From contig NC_042999.1 of assembly GCF_006345805.1 (NCBI RefSeq), forward strand, positions 91,326,001-91,390,000: a stretch of DNA of 64,000 nt. The letters run 5' to 3'. Below are positions 11,101 through 25,600 of the stretch, one piece after another. The position numbers and the translations under genes were made by a program. The notes beneath the pieces were generated by a model that saw only the letters and a list, made by a program, of their open reading frames with translations, was not told the origin of the DNA and ran no database searches. This DNA comes from Octopus sinensis (taxonomy: Eukaryota). Each line of letters opens with the position of its first letter. The first letter of the stretch is position 1.

Positions 11101-14100
11101 ATTGGAATATCATTTGTTCAGAATAGCTAGATTTGGGCTCAGAACACAAAGGGTTGTAGCCAGGTACTGTGAGGCCTTCTTTGTGGCAACCTTCTGTTTC
11201 TAGATTTCTGAACCAGAATAATGGAAAATTTCTTGTATTGGAGCAAGTAAAGTGTGATCTTGTTGCATAGAAAAATATATTGCATAGAAAAGTATATTGG
11301 GGCATTCTAATGATGATGATGATTGGGTTGGAGTGGCAGGGATGCAGGAAGTGAAAAATAAACTAACAAAGTGGAAAGACAATAAAAATATGAAGTAAAG
11401 AACTGATGCAATAAAAAAAAACAAAAAACAAAAAGCAAAACAAATAAACAGAAACTAATTCTTTTACCTGCTGCACAGCACTGAGATGAAGATCAGGTAA
11501 GCGTTGGAGATAATACAGTTCAGCAATTGTTGGCATCAGATCCATGATCAGATGATAGTCTATCATATTTTGGGAATATAACTCCAGTCGCTTTAAGTCA
11601 AATACAGTCAGTTTGAAATCCAATTCTTGTTTTGCCAGAGCTACAACCAGAAACAACAGGTTAATAGAATGCATCATATGATCCCCAGAAGTATATGCAG
11701 CATTGATATTAAGACAATGAAACTTGACTGTTATAACATTTTTAATGATTTCAGTCAATAGGCTTCCCTCCACCTACATCACGAACAGCAAGTGTTATTT
11801 CAAACTGCTTTAGACACCCATCTTTCCCCATCAACCTACATGGACTATGACTGGGTTCTCTGTTCAGAATTAAAGGACCTTTCATATCATAGAAGTAACC
11901 TTTATTCTCAGTAGCTTAAAAATGCAACTGCAAGCCCACTTGGTATCCCTACACCAGAAAGAGATGTTTGTTTCTCAGCCATAGTGAAGGCAACCCACAT
12001 AGAAACTCCAAATATGAAAGCAAACCCAACAAGAGCAGTAGTTACTCTGAATGAAAACTAATACTGAATACATTGTTGTGGCAGACAACCTATCTTATGG
12101 TGGTAATATGATAAGATACAAGAAAAAGTCTATGATGTGAAGTAATTAGAAATACAAAAGCCATCTAGGTCTAGGAATCCTGTATAAAAGAAAACAAAAT
12201 TATGTACTTTGCTATGTCACTCAAATTCACTAGAGCAGTAGGCTGAGTAATTTTTATGGTTCTTGGGTCACAATGGTTATAAGAATAAAGTTTGAATTTA
12301 GGAGTACCAGAAATATACATTCATTATGCTTAATGTTCGAAAAGATTTGAAAATACTGGGTTCAAATTTTGGCACAAGGCCAGCAATTTTGGGGAAGGAG
12401 GTACGTTGACAACGTCAACCCCAGTGCTTGATTGATACTTATTTTATTGACTAAAAAAAAAATGAAAAGCAAAGTCCACCTTGGCAGAATTTGAACTCAT
12501 AAAGATAGATGAAATGCTGCTAAGTATTTTGTCCAGCATGCTAATGATTCTGCCAGTTCACCATCTTAAGATTTTAAAATATTAAAACTTAAGCAAAAAC
12601 AAAATACTGCTTGAATCAATAAGGGAACATCTATATGACCTGCTAGAAATAGTAACTAAACCTTCTTCAAATCACATCCAATTGTCTTTAAAAAAGACAC
12701 ATTGGGAAATGTAGTCCTACGTATACATGGATGTATGGCCATAGATGATATACAAATATTGGAACCCATAAACAAGGAGATGACATGACAACATTCTGCT
12801 TACCTACTGCCTCTTCTTTACAGTGTTTCTGTTGGAGAATACTAAGTGCAGTACTGCAGCTGAAGGAACGGAACTGGTAAGAACACAGGGAAATGAAACG
12901 ACGACGGAAATCTAAAGTGAGAGAGAAATTTGTGAAATAATGTAAACATACAAAAAGAAATACAAAAAAATAAAAGCCTGCAGGTGTGTGTGTGTGTACA
13001 CAGGAAATATATGTACATTAGGAGTGAAGAGTCACACTTTGAGAATTACAAATAAAAAAATGTAATTAAAACAAATTTATTAAACTTTCAGAAATCTGTG
13101 ACTTTTGAGCCACCCTATATATATATATTTCTATACGTGCACACACACACACACGCACGCAGACATATATTGCTGATTTATTTTAACCATCTTGATGGTG
13201 ATTATTTCTTGGCTTAGAATGAAGAAAGATAACCTCAAAAAAAAAAAAAAATCAATTCTTGATTTACTGATGCTATGTTTGTTTTAAGAGAAGGTAAATG
13301 AACAGGCAATTCATTAACTGTTTCAACCTTAATAAATAGACTGGCCTTTCTTTTATATAATCCGGGGGAGGCAAAGCAAGTTTCTGTCACTCTAATGAGC
13401 ATCAAATATGTCAGCATTCTACAATTTCTATGACTCCACTTATCATCATCATTATAATGTTCACTTTTCCATGCTTGAATAGGTTGGCTAGAATTTGTTG
13501 AGATAGGTTTTTTTATGGCCAGATGCCTTTCCTGTCGCCAACATTCACCTGTTTTCAAATAAGGTAATATCCCACCATGGCCAGACATATTTCCCAGAAT
13601 ATTGGAAATGAAGACTACCATTATCATGACAGAGATACTTATTTACAAATATTGGGTGATGTCAAGTCATTGAGACAGTAACACAAACACACACTCACAT
13701 ATATGTATATATATGATGGGCTTCTTTTGGTTTCCATCAATCAATTCACAAGACTTAAGTCAGCCCAGGGCTGTAGTAGAAGACAGTTGCCCAATGTGTC
13801 ACGCATTGGGACTGAACCTGGAACCATGCGGTTGGGAAGCAAACTTCTTTGCACACAGCCATGTCTGTGCCTAATAGTAATGATATCTAACATACTGAAC
13901 CAGGCCACAAGTAAAGTAGGGGAGACAATTGATTTAATCATCATCATCATCATTATGGAAAACAGACGTTAAACGATGATGATGATTAAATTAATTGTCT
14001 CCCATACTTTACTTGTTTTACTAGCTGACCAAGATGCATATTACAAAATATTTAGCTGGTTACTTCTCTTCTTCATTCATAACACATTGATGTTACTAAA

Positions 14101-17009
14101 TGCAATCAACAATTTTTCCATGATCTAAACTTTCTTCTTCAAAAAATCAACTCTGAAGACAATATGCTAATTAATAAATTCCACTTGTACATTATGAGTT
14201 AAGATGGTTTAGATGTTGTCATTTCAGAGTAGCTTACATGGGATGAAAATTAACTGAAATGTTTGTTGCTTTGCCTCAGGTCAGTCTTAGAGGAGCATTC
14301 CAGCTGTGACCATCCAGTCTTTTCAGATAGCACAACTCAGATTTACATTATACTTTGAAGAAAGTAGAGTCTGACTGTAGACACACAAGGCTGCTATTTC
14401 TAGCAGATTATGTGACTGTGTAAAAACCCTTTATTGGCTTTAGTTTTAGTGGCAAAGAGTGAATAAGAAAATAATGAAGTATGAAATGATGTTAGGAGAA
14501 GTAGAGAAGAGAGGGTGGAGGCATAATGATAATAGCCAAATCAGACAATGATAAAATAAATTACCTTTCCAGAATGATAGCAGCCAGTTTTTGTCATACA
14601 ATGTGTTTGATTCATTTTCTTTATCGTGAAGAGCCTTCAGCATGATACAGGAGTGTTCTCCAGTCAAGTCATTCTGAAAAACAAAATCAATAGAGTGTAG
14701 ACTACAATAGAAATTCTGGGAATTTGCATAAAATTATAAAATCATACTATACTTAGAGAATAGAAAACTATACACGGAGTGCTGAAAAGTTCCTGGCTTC
14801 TGGTAAAAGATAAGGAGGATCAGTTAATTATGATATTTTATTCACAATTTTCCCCTCTCAGATTAACACATTTATTGCAAGGGTCCTTCAGTTTTTGTAA
14901 ACCTTGTAAAAGAACTTGGAAGGTTGGGCCTCCAATCAGGTCTTTCATGATAACCTTAAAACCAGGAACTTTCCAGCACTCCTATCGTACATACACATGC
15001 ACACACACACACACATTGTGCGTTTGTTTGTGTTGTGTTGTCTTGACATTGCAACATAGTCATAAACATGAGCCACTATCACATGCATTGTCCTTCATTT
15101 TCAGTCTTTTGCAATAACATGTCCAGCCATTGGAAAATATCACCTTGGTTATTAAGAGGAGGGACTGCAGCAGGAAGAGCATCCTGCTTTAGAAAATCTG
15201 TCATGATGATTCCATCTGACCCATGCAAGCATGGAAAAGCAAACATTAAATTATTGATGATGACAATGAAGACATAGATAGAGAAAATTGCAATACTCTA
15301 ATATACATGAGCCATTATTATTTAGCATCTGTATTCCATGCTGTCGCAGTTTGGACAATTTGATAGGATCCAACGGTTCAGAGGAATGTGATAGGCATCA
15401 ACACCAGTTCCTATGGTTGGGTGTCCTTCTTAACAATATCTCTTCTAAGGGAATGTCTCAGTGGTTCTACATCAATGGACTGCCCTGTTATAGTTATGAA
15501 CTAATGACAGACTCTCTACATATTCATTCAACTTGCTGGAAATAGCAACCAAATTTCCCTCAAACCACAATTCAATCTCAACAAAGGCTATGCTAGATAA
15601 ATAATGTAGTCCTGGGTCCTCTGCATATAGGAAAAAGATAGAACAGTTATAGCTGGAATGCCTTGACCACAGGTCTGCTTCATCAGGGCTGACTTGGAAA
15701 TAAATAATAACAACCAACCTAGTTGGATGGACTTATACAATATACAAAGCCAAATACTGTAGCAAGCATATCATTTACTAAAATCAAGTTTCTAACATTC
15801 TGGGGAAATTATCTAGCAGAAGGAAAAATCAAGACAAAATCAATGTAGCAAGAGATTGAGACCAAAACCTCATTTTGTGTAAAAGTGAAATATTTGTTAT
15901 AGCATAACACTGCTTCTGTCACTAATAAGGAATTTTTACCCAGCCTGCCAGCTTTTTGCAATACCATGATTTGTTAATCAATGCTTTCCGATATCAATAG
16001 AGGCTAAATTTATTTGACCCTTCAGCATTTAAACCAGCCAGATCTAGCCAATCACACCTACCCTTCAATACAAAAATAAAATGAACAATCACATCAAAAT
16101 TTTGAAGCTACAAAAAATAATGCAAAATTAATTAAAAACAATGTGAATGAAAAAGCATTACATTTGACAAAATAATCTGAATGTGATTGCAAATATGCAT
16201 AAATCTGGATTTAGAAATTCTACCACCTCTGCCAGGTAATTTTCTTCTGCTGCTGATATTCTTCTGTACATTTTAGCAATATAAATCTGTATCAGATGCT
16301 TTCTTGAGGCAAATACTACAGTTGTAAGCTTTTCTACAGTATATCCACATTAAGTAAGGTGTACAGAATGCTATTTTGTTAGTGAAATATATTCTATTGT
16401 TTTTAAACATACACACAATACGACTGGTCCTAAATTATAGAACAGTATATTTTGTAATTAAAATTAATTAGCTAGAACTAGAAACACAAATACTGTGCTG
16501 TGTCTCACTGGACATCTCTATGCCCAAACCATGTTGAAAAGAAATGTAGCAAGTATTGCTTCAAAGAACAATGAACAAAATAATAACTCACAGCAGTTTG
16601 TCTTAAGTAGACAGGGACAAAGCCATTTCGTTTCCAGAATCTATTAAAGAAAAAATACACAAATTAAAAAGATTACAGAATTATATATAAAATTCTGTTA
16701 AGGTCTTACAGCAATATATAGGTTATAACAATAATAAACTAACAAGACTGACATGACCTGGGAGAAAGAGTAGCCAAGATATACCATGCAATCTTAAAGA
16801 AGGATAACATCAGGAACACCTTTGCTTAGATCATAGGTCTGCTTGAGCAAGGCTGACCTGGTACTAAATAACATAGAATACCACCTATTTCCTAGCATAA
16901 GTGGAGTTCTATGTAATGTGCACAGTATTAAAAAGTAATCTTTAGTGTATACTGAGAATATAGGCAAGTCTGGTATATACCTAAATATATGTATGTGTGT
17001 GTGTGTCTG

Positions 17010-17059
<50 letters not shown>

Positions 17060-20000
17060 CACAGACATGGCTGTGTGGTTGAGAAGCATGTGGATTTGGT
17101 AGATGGAAACTAAAAGAAGCCCACTGTGTATATGTGTGAGTGCAAATGAGCGTTAGTGTCTCTTTGCATTAAGAAGGCATTAAGATGTAATAGTTGTGAG
17201 TATTACTGTCATACAAGCAGTGTCCTTCACTTGCACTCTACAAGTTGTCTGACCAAAAAGAAATATTACCTTCCTTGAAACAGGTGAGACTTAGTGACAG
17301 GAAGGGCATCTGACCATAAACAATCTACCTCAACAAATTCTGTCCAACTCATGTAAGCATGGAAAAGTGGACATTCAAATGACATATATATCTATAGATA
17401 GATAAATGTACACATGCACACAAACATATTTTACACCATCCACTTTATATCTATTATAAATACATTTGTTTCTGTTTCTCAATTTCCAAACATGGGATGT
17501 CACAACACCTATATATTATAATATCTTAATTTTTATCAGGAAATTTGATTTCAATTGAAGTTGTTAGTTATAACAGTAATAACGATCACAATTAGAAGCC
17601 TTTGAAGGGTTAATGCAGTGGGTAATAGATGTGGTAGAGTCATTAGCATCATAATTTAATATCCATTTTGTTAGATGATGATGATGATGATAATAACTCA
17701 ACTAATGTAATTATGTGCCTTGCATTCTGAGTTCAATCCTAGCACAGCTGAACTTTGTCTGCCATCCTTCCTGTTTCAATTAAATAAGTACCATGTGGTA
17801 GAGGTCTTACATATGTAACACAGCTTCTTAAAACATATTTTTTTAAACTGAGATTATCAACGTAATAAGTAAACAAAAAGGTGGTGTTTAAAAATCTAGA
17901 GGTAGATTTGACTACTAAATTACCTGGTTAATCTCAGTTAATTATCAACTCACTATACTACAAATGCAAAATCCTTTTGTACAAGTATCAAGTACTCAGA
18001 TGCTTCTCAGTGTAATATATTCTTCTTAGTCCTATTGTAAATAAGTACTAATCAAGTACTGCAATCAACAAAATTGACAGCTACTCCATTTCAAAATTTG
18101 TATCCTCAAGGTTATGTTAGAGACCCCTCAATATTTTAGTAAAGGGATGGCCTTAATAGTAGGGCCCAGTGAGACTGCTATGTGATATTTAATTATGCTT
18201 GTCATTGTTTGCAGTCCAATTTAGCTGGGATTGATTTGACTTTATGTTCCTTGAAGTGTAAATGAAAAATTTAAATGTTCCTCACAACCTCAGAGAAATG
18301 TATAAACAATTCTTAAAACTGGTGTCATCAGATACAATGGATAAAATATAAACCTTCCATCCCAGGTGTGGCTGTGCGGTAAGAAGTTTGCTTCCCAAAC
18401 CACAAGGTAATGGGATCAGTCCCACTGTGTGGCATCTTGGGTGGACCAAAGTCTTATGAGTGATTTAGTAGACAGAATCTGAAAGAAGCCAGTCGTATGT
18501 GTGTGTGTGTGTACCTTTGTTCCTGTGTTTGTCCCCCATCACCAGTAGACAACTGGTGTCAGTGATTACATCCCTGTAGCTTAGCAGTTTGGCAAAAGAG
18601 AACAATAGAGTAAGTGTCTGACTTTAAAAAAATAAATAAGTACTGGAGTTAATTCATTCGACTAAATAAATTTTGAAGGTGGTGCCCCAGCATGGCCACA
18701 ATTTAATGACTAAAACAAGTAATAAGGAGAAAAAGATAATATACTAATATACTGGAGTTAACTTTCATTGATCTACTTATTTCTGATAACCAGGTGAACT
18801 ACACCTGAATTGCAGACATCTTTCACAGACAAATACTTCTGTATTATAGAAAGACATGAAGATTCAGAAGTGAAATATTGTATAAGCAGCAGATAAAGAT
18901 GTTTATCATTTCATGGAATAAACTTAATAGGAAAGTAAGATTAATGAATACTTTACTTGAGAAGGTCAGCTGTCAACCCAAATGATACACCCATATAATC
19001 AAGCTGTTCTGGGGGTCGTTCAGTTAGCTTCAGTAACAATGGGGGTAGGTTTTTACGAGGTACTGGCTTCTCTTCTAACAGATCAATTTCCTGCAAATAG
19101 GCAATTAATGAAACAAAGATTATAAATGACATTCATGTACACAGTCAGCACTCTTAATTAAAATATTGGCTATGAAAGTTGCTCAATAAAATTTCAGTCC
19201 CAACTGGTCAAGCTGTTATTATATTAGCAGTAATTCTGGTAAAGACACTAAACCCCCCCAATGACAAGAGTTCTGCTACTGATAAATAGATACCAACGAA
19301 TGATACTCTAGTGCAGCATCAAATCCTTCAAGCTGAGTGAAATCATTGCTGTGGCCAGTGCTGGTGACATGTAAAAGGCAGCCATGCCTGTGATACGAAA
19401 AAGGCACCCAGTACACTCTATAAAGTGGTTGGCATTAGGAAGGGCATCCAACCATAGAAACCAAGCCAAACCAGACAAATGGATCCTGGTGCAGCTATCC
19501 AGCTTACCATCTCCAGTCAATCTGTCTAACCCATGCCAGCATGGAAAACAGATGTTCAATGATGATGATGATTTGTAGTGCCTGATGAGCAATTGATAGA
19601 TATCGTTTATGATACCAAACATATCAGAGTATAGCACCATTCCTTATGACACCAGACTCTCTTAAACTAGAAGTCATAGTCCTATGCATACCTCACTTAA
19701 TGGAAATGTTAATAAATACTTGAGTCTCACCTCGTCATCAACAGGTTCAATGTCTTTAGGAACTTCTTCAACATCTTCATTAAGTCCCACAATTTCTCCT
19801 TTATAGTACTGAGAGAGGAGCTGCAGGGCACGAGAACCATAACCCATCTAAAACACATAAAAATGAAACAAAAATAAGCATAAGACTAAAGCAAGAAATC
19901 AAATGGGGCATTAGTAAGAATATGCATTATGTAAAAAGGCTGGTTCTATCACGAAGTGACAACAGTATCAAAGCTCTTCCTATACTGAAGACACAGAATG

Positions 20001-20332
20001 CAAAATGTATTTGTATAGAATGTATATGATGTGTCTTTTTATACATAAACTGCAGAGCAGTATTTGCACAATCTTCAAGAACCAGGTGGTGCAGTGAAAA
20101 GCTCATATGAAACTATTGAAAATACAACAATAAAAGTAATCATAAAATGTAACATTGGAACAAAGCTTACAATGGTTGGAGGGGTTTTTCAGTAGTTTAT
20201 GCCAACCTAAATGCTTAGCCCTGGAAGGATGAACAATCAAGTCTACTCCAGCAAGATTTGAACTAAGAACATTATGTAACATAATAAAATACCAATAAGC
20301 ATTCTATTAATTCTGTTATTTATAGATGTTAC

Positions 20333-20373
<41 letters not shown>

Positions 20374-22612
20374 TAATCCATTCTACTATAGGCACGAGGC
20401 CTGAAATCTTGGAGAAGAGGCCCAGTCAGTTACATTGACCCCAGTGTTTCACTGGTATTTAATTCATCAACCCCAAAAGAATGAAAGGATTAGTTGACCA
20501 GAGTGTAATTTGAACTCAGAACATAGCAGCAGATGAAATATCGCTAAGCATTTTACCTGGTGTGCTAATGATTCTGCCAGGTCACCGCCTTAATAATAAT
20601 ATAATCCTTTCTACCATAAGCACAAGGCCTGAAATTTTAGGGGAGTGGTAAATCGATTACATCGACCCCAGTACTCAACTGGAAATTAATTTATTGATGC
20701 TGTAAAGGATGAAAAGCAAAATCAACCTCAGCAGAGTTTGAACTCAGAAAGCGAAGACAGCTGAAATACGTATTTCTTTACTACCCACAAGGGGCTAAAC
20801 ACAGAGAGGACAAACAAGGACAGACAAATGGATTAAGTCGATTATAACGACCCCAGTGTGTAACTGGTACTTATTTAATCGACCCTAAATGGATGAATGG
20901 CAAAGTCAAGCTTGGCGGAATTTGAACTCAGAACGTAGCACGTAAAGTCAGACGAAATACCACTAAGCATTTTGCCCGGCATGCAAAAAATTTTGCCAGC
21001 TTACTGCCTTATTAATAATAATCATAATACTTTATGCTATAAGCACAACGCCTGAAATCTGGGGGAGGGGTAAGTCAATTACATCAACCCCAGTACTCAA
21101 CTAGCACTAATAACCTCCAAAGATGAAAAGCAAAATTGACCTCAGTGGAATAATAATAACAACAACAACAACAAATGCCCTGATGCAGTACCAGGCTTCT
21201 GATCTTAACTGATAGAAAGTGTTATCATGGACACTGTTTTGTCTTGGTATAAAAAGATGGGCTTCAGTAAATATTCTGCTCAATACCACAGATTTGCTTG
21301 TCAGTTGTTTGAGCTTAACCAGTCAAGCATGTCCCTTAGTGGCTGACGAGATGTGCATCTCTGATCATGAACAGAAGCAGTAGGGGAGCATCATAGCCAT
21401 GTGTTGAAAGGAATTCTTTAGGGTTTGGCTAATTCATCTTTGGAAACATGGGTGTTTTGTTCAATATCCTTAAAGAACCCTTATTCAGGGACCTTTTGAG
21501 CGGGATGGGCTACTCAACCCAAAGAAAATTCTAACTGGGCTCCACCTGCAAGGTCATGTGCTGTTCATTTTGATATGAGATCACCATGTTGTGCACATAT
21601 GGTTTTGATGGATGTGCCTGGTGTACCCTTATCAGATGGGTAGTCATGATGGGTATACTGGGTACCATATATTTTACCCCAGTGTTACTTTGATGGCATG
21701 CACTGCTCTCTCACTCAATAATAATAAATGCTTCTAATTTAGGTATAAAGCAGCAATTTTGAGGACGAGGGTTAGCTGATACTAATGAACTTGGTATTTG
21801 ACTAATACTTTATTTCATCAACCTTGAAAGAATGAGAGCCAAATCAGACCGCAGAGAGGATTTTAACTCAGAATGTAAAGATATTTTTGCAAGACATTTT
21901 TTTCAACACTCTAATGATTCTTCCAGATCCATTACCTTATACAATAATGATAGTAAGAACAATAATAATGAAAGCATAAATTACCTTTTGATAGTCTGGG
22001 TGGGTTGCTATCCGAACCACCCTCACACCTGATAAACTGGCAAAGTCATTGTCTTGGAACTGTAAAGAATTTCAATATGATAGTTAGTATACTATCAGTA
22101 ACAAACAGTATGGTGATAATATTGGTGACTAACAATGATGTTGATGACTATTGTTGTTTTGGTTGCCCCAATAAAAGTTCAATGTTGCAGTTCAAGTTAA
22201 AGTGGCAGAATGGTTTCAACTTGAACTGACTTGAGATTTGAAATTTTTGAGAAGATCCTGGTTATGAGTTATGAGCTATATGTTCATAGTCAAGTTCTAT
22301 TCAGAAGAGATGAAACACTACACCATTTGAACTTTGATAACAGTATCAATATTAGCAATGATAAACATAAAAATGAGAAAGCCAGACCACTTTATCTTCT
22401 ATTTTAATTAATTAAACACCATTATTCTGCTGTTTAATTAGTATCAATAGAATTGCTAACTGAATTCAGGGTCCTTATGGTCGATGCAACTACTTAATTA
22501 AAAACTGCTCCATGGTCTCACCTACTTAATCATAAACTCAACATAAAATGGAATTAAGTTTCTAGCTGTTATGACCATGAGATTAAACTATTAACATTAT
22601 CTTTCTCACCAG

Positions 22613-22655
<43 letters not shown>

Positions 22656-25600
22656 TTCTTTATGGTATACATTTATGCCCTCTGTGACCATCCCTGTATA
22701 AATGTTTTACCTTTGACCTCTACATTGCTACATTGCTCACATACAAATCCAGTACCAACTTTCATTATAAGATACCATTACAAACTCATGCTTCTAAGAT
22801 GCCCCAAAACAGAAATACAGAAAATGAAAATAAAATTAAAAAATCATAAAAACAAAAAGAAAAAGGCTAGGAAATAAATTTACCTGCTGGGAGATGGTCC
22901 ACGGAATCAAGTCTCCTGATGCACGTTTACCTTGTCGGAGACCACTCATCACTGCTGCCTTAGAAATATCTCCTTCAAGACACATCTATAAAAGAAAATA
23001 TCACAATTAAAAATGAAACAAAATTTGAACAAGGAATACAGACAGGTCATCTGCATGGAAAAATAACAGTTAAGTTAGTGTTAATATATTTAGTAAAGGA
23101 ATCATAAAAAAACTAGCTAGAAAGAAACAGGCAATTAGAAAAACAGCATTAACAGTCAATGACTAATGTTATTTTAATCTCACCAAGAACAGTGATCAAC
23201 CCCAGACAAGTTTTATTCTTATTCTGAACACATCAACAAATCACTGGTTCTAATCATACTTGCAGAAGCAGTGATAAAAGAAACATCAAGCAAATATACA
23301 AGAAAGGACTTTGTGGTGGTGATGGTGGGAGGAATAAAATGATTTTAGAAATACGTAATTCAGAAAAGCCATATTCACATGAAAACAACAGCTAAGAGCT
23401 AACACATTTTAAGTAAAGATAATTAAAAAGCTACGTCAAAGTGATTTCTGTTATAAGGAAAAAATAAATGGCAAATACTATTTTCTATTTAAAAAAAAAA
23501 AAAAGGTTTGAACATAAGAAGTTGTAATCAGTTATTTATCAGATTAACCCTTAAAGTTTTATACTGCAGATATCCATAGGATTTTTCTTCCTCCAATTTT
23601 TGAGTTAATGGTGGTTAATATCTCAAGTAGAGAATTAGAGTTTGATAATTTTATTTACTAATGATGGAATACCCTTCCTAACACTAACCAATTTACAGAG
23701 TGTATTGGTAGCTTTTTAAGCCAGTGCCGCATAAAAAGCATCTAGCACACTTTGTAAACTGGTTGGCATCAGGAAAGGTACCTAGCTGGAGAAATCATGC
23801 TGTAACAGACATCTGGGGCCTGGTGCAGCTCTCCGGCTTGCCAGCTCCAGTCAAACAGTCTAACCCAGGCCAACATGGAAAATGGATGTTAAATGATGTT
23901 TTGATTTATTATTTATAAATGTTTCAGTTAAGAAAACAATACTCAGGAAATGAAATCTTGAAAACACATGTAATCAATTTAGTGGTATTCAACCTATTTT
24001 AGTAGGTGAAAGAACATGACAGCCGATACATGTACATCACCGTTCCACAATGTACAGCAAGGATCATGAATTCATATCAAAAAATTTAATCCAAATTCAT
24101 CCAAAAGATATATTTTCATAATTTCTATATTGGACTAACTGCCTTTTATCAGAATCTCGTTACTAACAGAAATGCGATATTTATATACAAAAAGTACAAC
24201 AAAACTCTAAGAGATAATTAACATCAGTTATCATGTTTCTTTAACAACATTTAACTCAATCATTAAATTTTCTCCAAACAACATTAAAAATAAGAGCTAA
24301 CCTGAACAACACAAAGAACTTCTGGAAGAGCCTGTTTGGTTGACTCCATTGGACCGAGTAAAACAAAAATATGATGTGCTGGAGCATCAGATAACATCTG
24401 TAAATCATTAGGTGTGTTCTGGAAAGATAAGCAAAATAAATTTTTCATTAATAGTGAGAAATGATAAAAATAATAAAATATCTGATGAATTGATGTTCAA
24501 AAGTTAATGTTAAAGACTGGGTTCTGAGATAAAACTATGCCAGGGTTGAATTATATGGTTCAGTTGGAAAGACACCCTATTCTCAATCCCCTTGACATTT
24601 TCCAGGATCTTCAAAACTGGTGGAGTAAAGGGTTAAATAAATCACAACTCATGAGTTTCTGCAGGTGAAAGCAATGCTTAACAATATGAATTTTAACCTT
24701 AAACGTAAAGACTTGGTCTAAATGGCTGCAATAAAGTGAACTCAGCTAGAGGTACCGAAAGCCAGATGGTGGTATTAAACCAAGCAAGATTAAATGTCAA
24801 TCAAATTGTCTTCAAATTACAAATCCACAAGCAAAACAGAAGACAGATTAGATAATGTAGTCTTTGATTAGTGAAGGTGAAAATGTTTAGCCTGTCTTGT
24901 TAAAATTTCAATTTCTTGAATATTCCTATTATTAGAGTAAAGGTCAAGGGTAAAGACCCATTTTGGTCATGAATGATCATGGGATTGCACCTAGATAGTT
25001 ACCCTGTAAGGCACAAGTCAGGGCAAGGTTGTTTATGGAAGACCAGCAGTTGCCCATGCATACCAGACTCCCCTCTCCATGCCATCAATGTGATCCATGG
25101 GAAAAGCAAGGGCTGATACAGCTTGGCACCAGTGATGTAGCTGAGTCAACTGGAGCAACGGGAAAAATAAAGTGTCTTGCTTAAGAAAACAACACAGCTT
25201 GGTCTGAGAACTCACTACCTCACGATTGTGAGCCTGACACTCTAACCACTGAGCCATGCATCTTATTTAGAGTACCACATCTATTTTACTAGAAGTAAAT
25301 ACTTATAGATAATTTAATTTTTTTATAACATCTAATATCTCCTCCCCATTTTTGAAGACAATAGGCTGTATGTGATTCAACAGAGAGTTGACTGCTGTTT
25401 CTAGCAGGTCACAGAACTACATTGAAGTTTTCTCATTGGCTTGAGTATAGGAGTGAGGAAGATTAATAATCATCAGTTGTACTGGAGTAGTTGCTAACTT
25501 ACATAAATAATTTTTCATCAATATTGTTTTCTTTGAGTAGATTTTGTATATTGTTGCTCTCCATATTGTTGAATAGAAAAAATGAAACAGTGCACATTTT

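Noticed and set aside
20340-21150. CRISPR-like repeat-spacer pattern
   Set aside because: Eukaryotic SINE copies ~200 nt long, no unique spacers and no cas genes.
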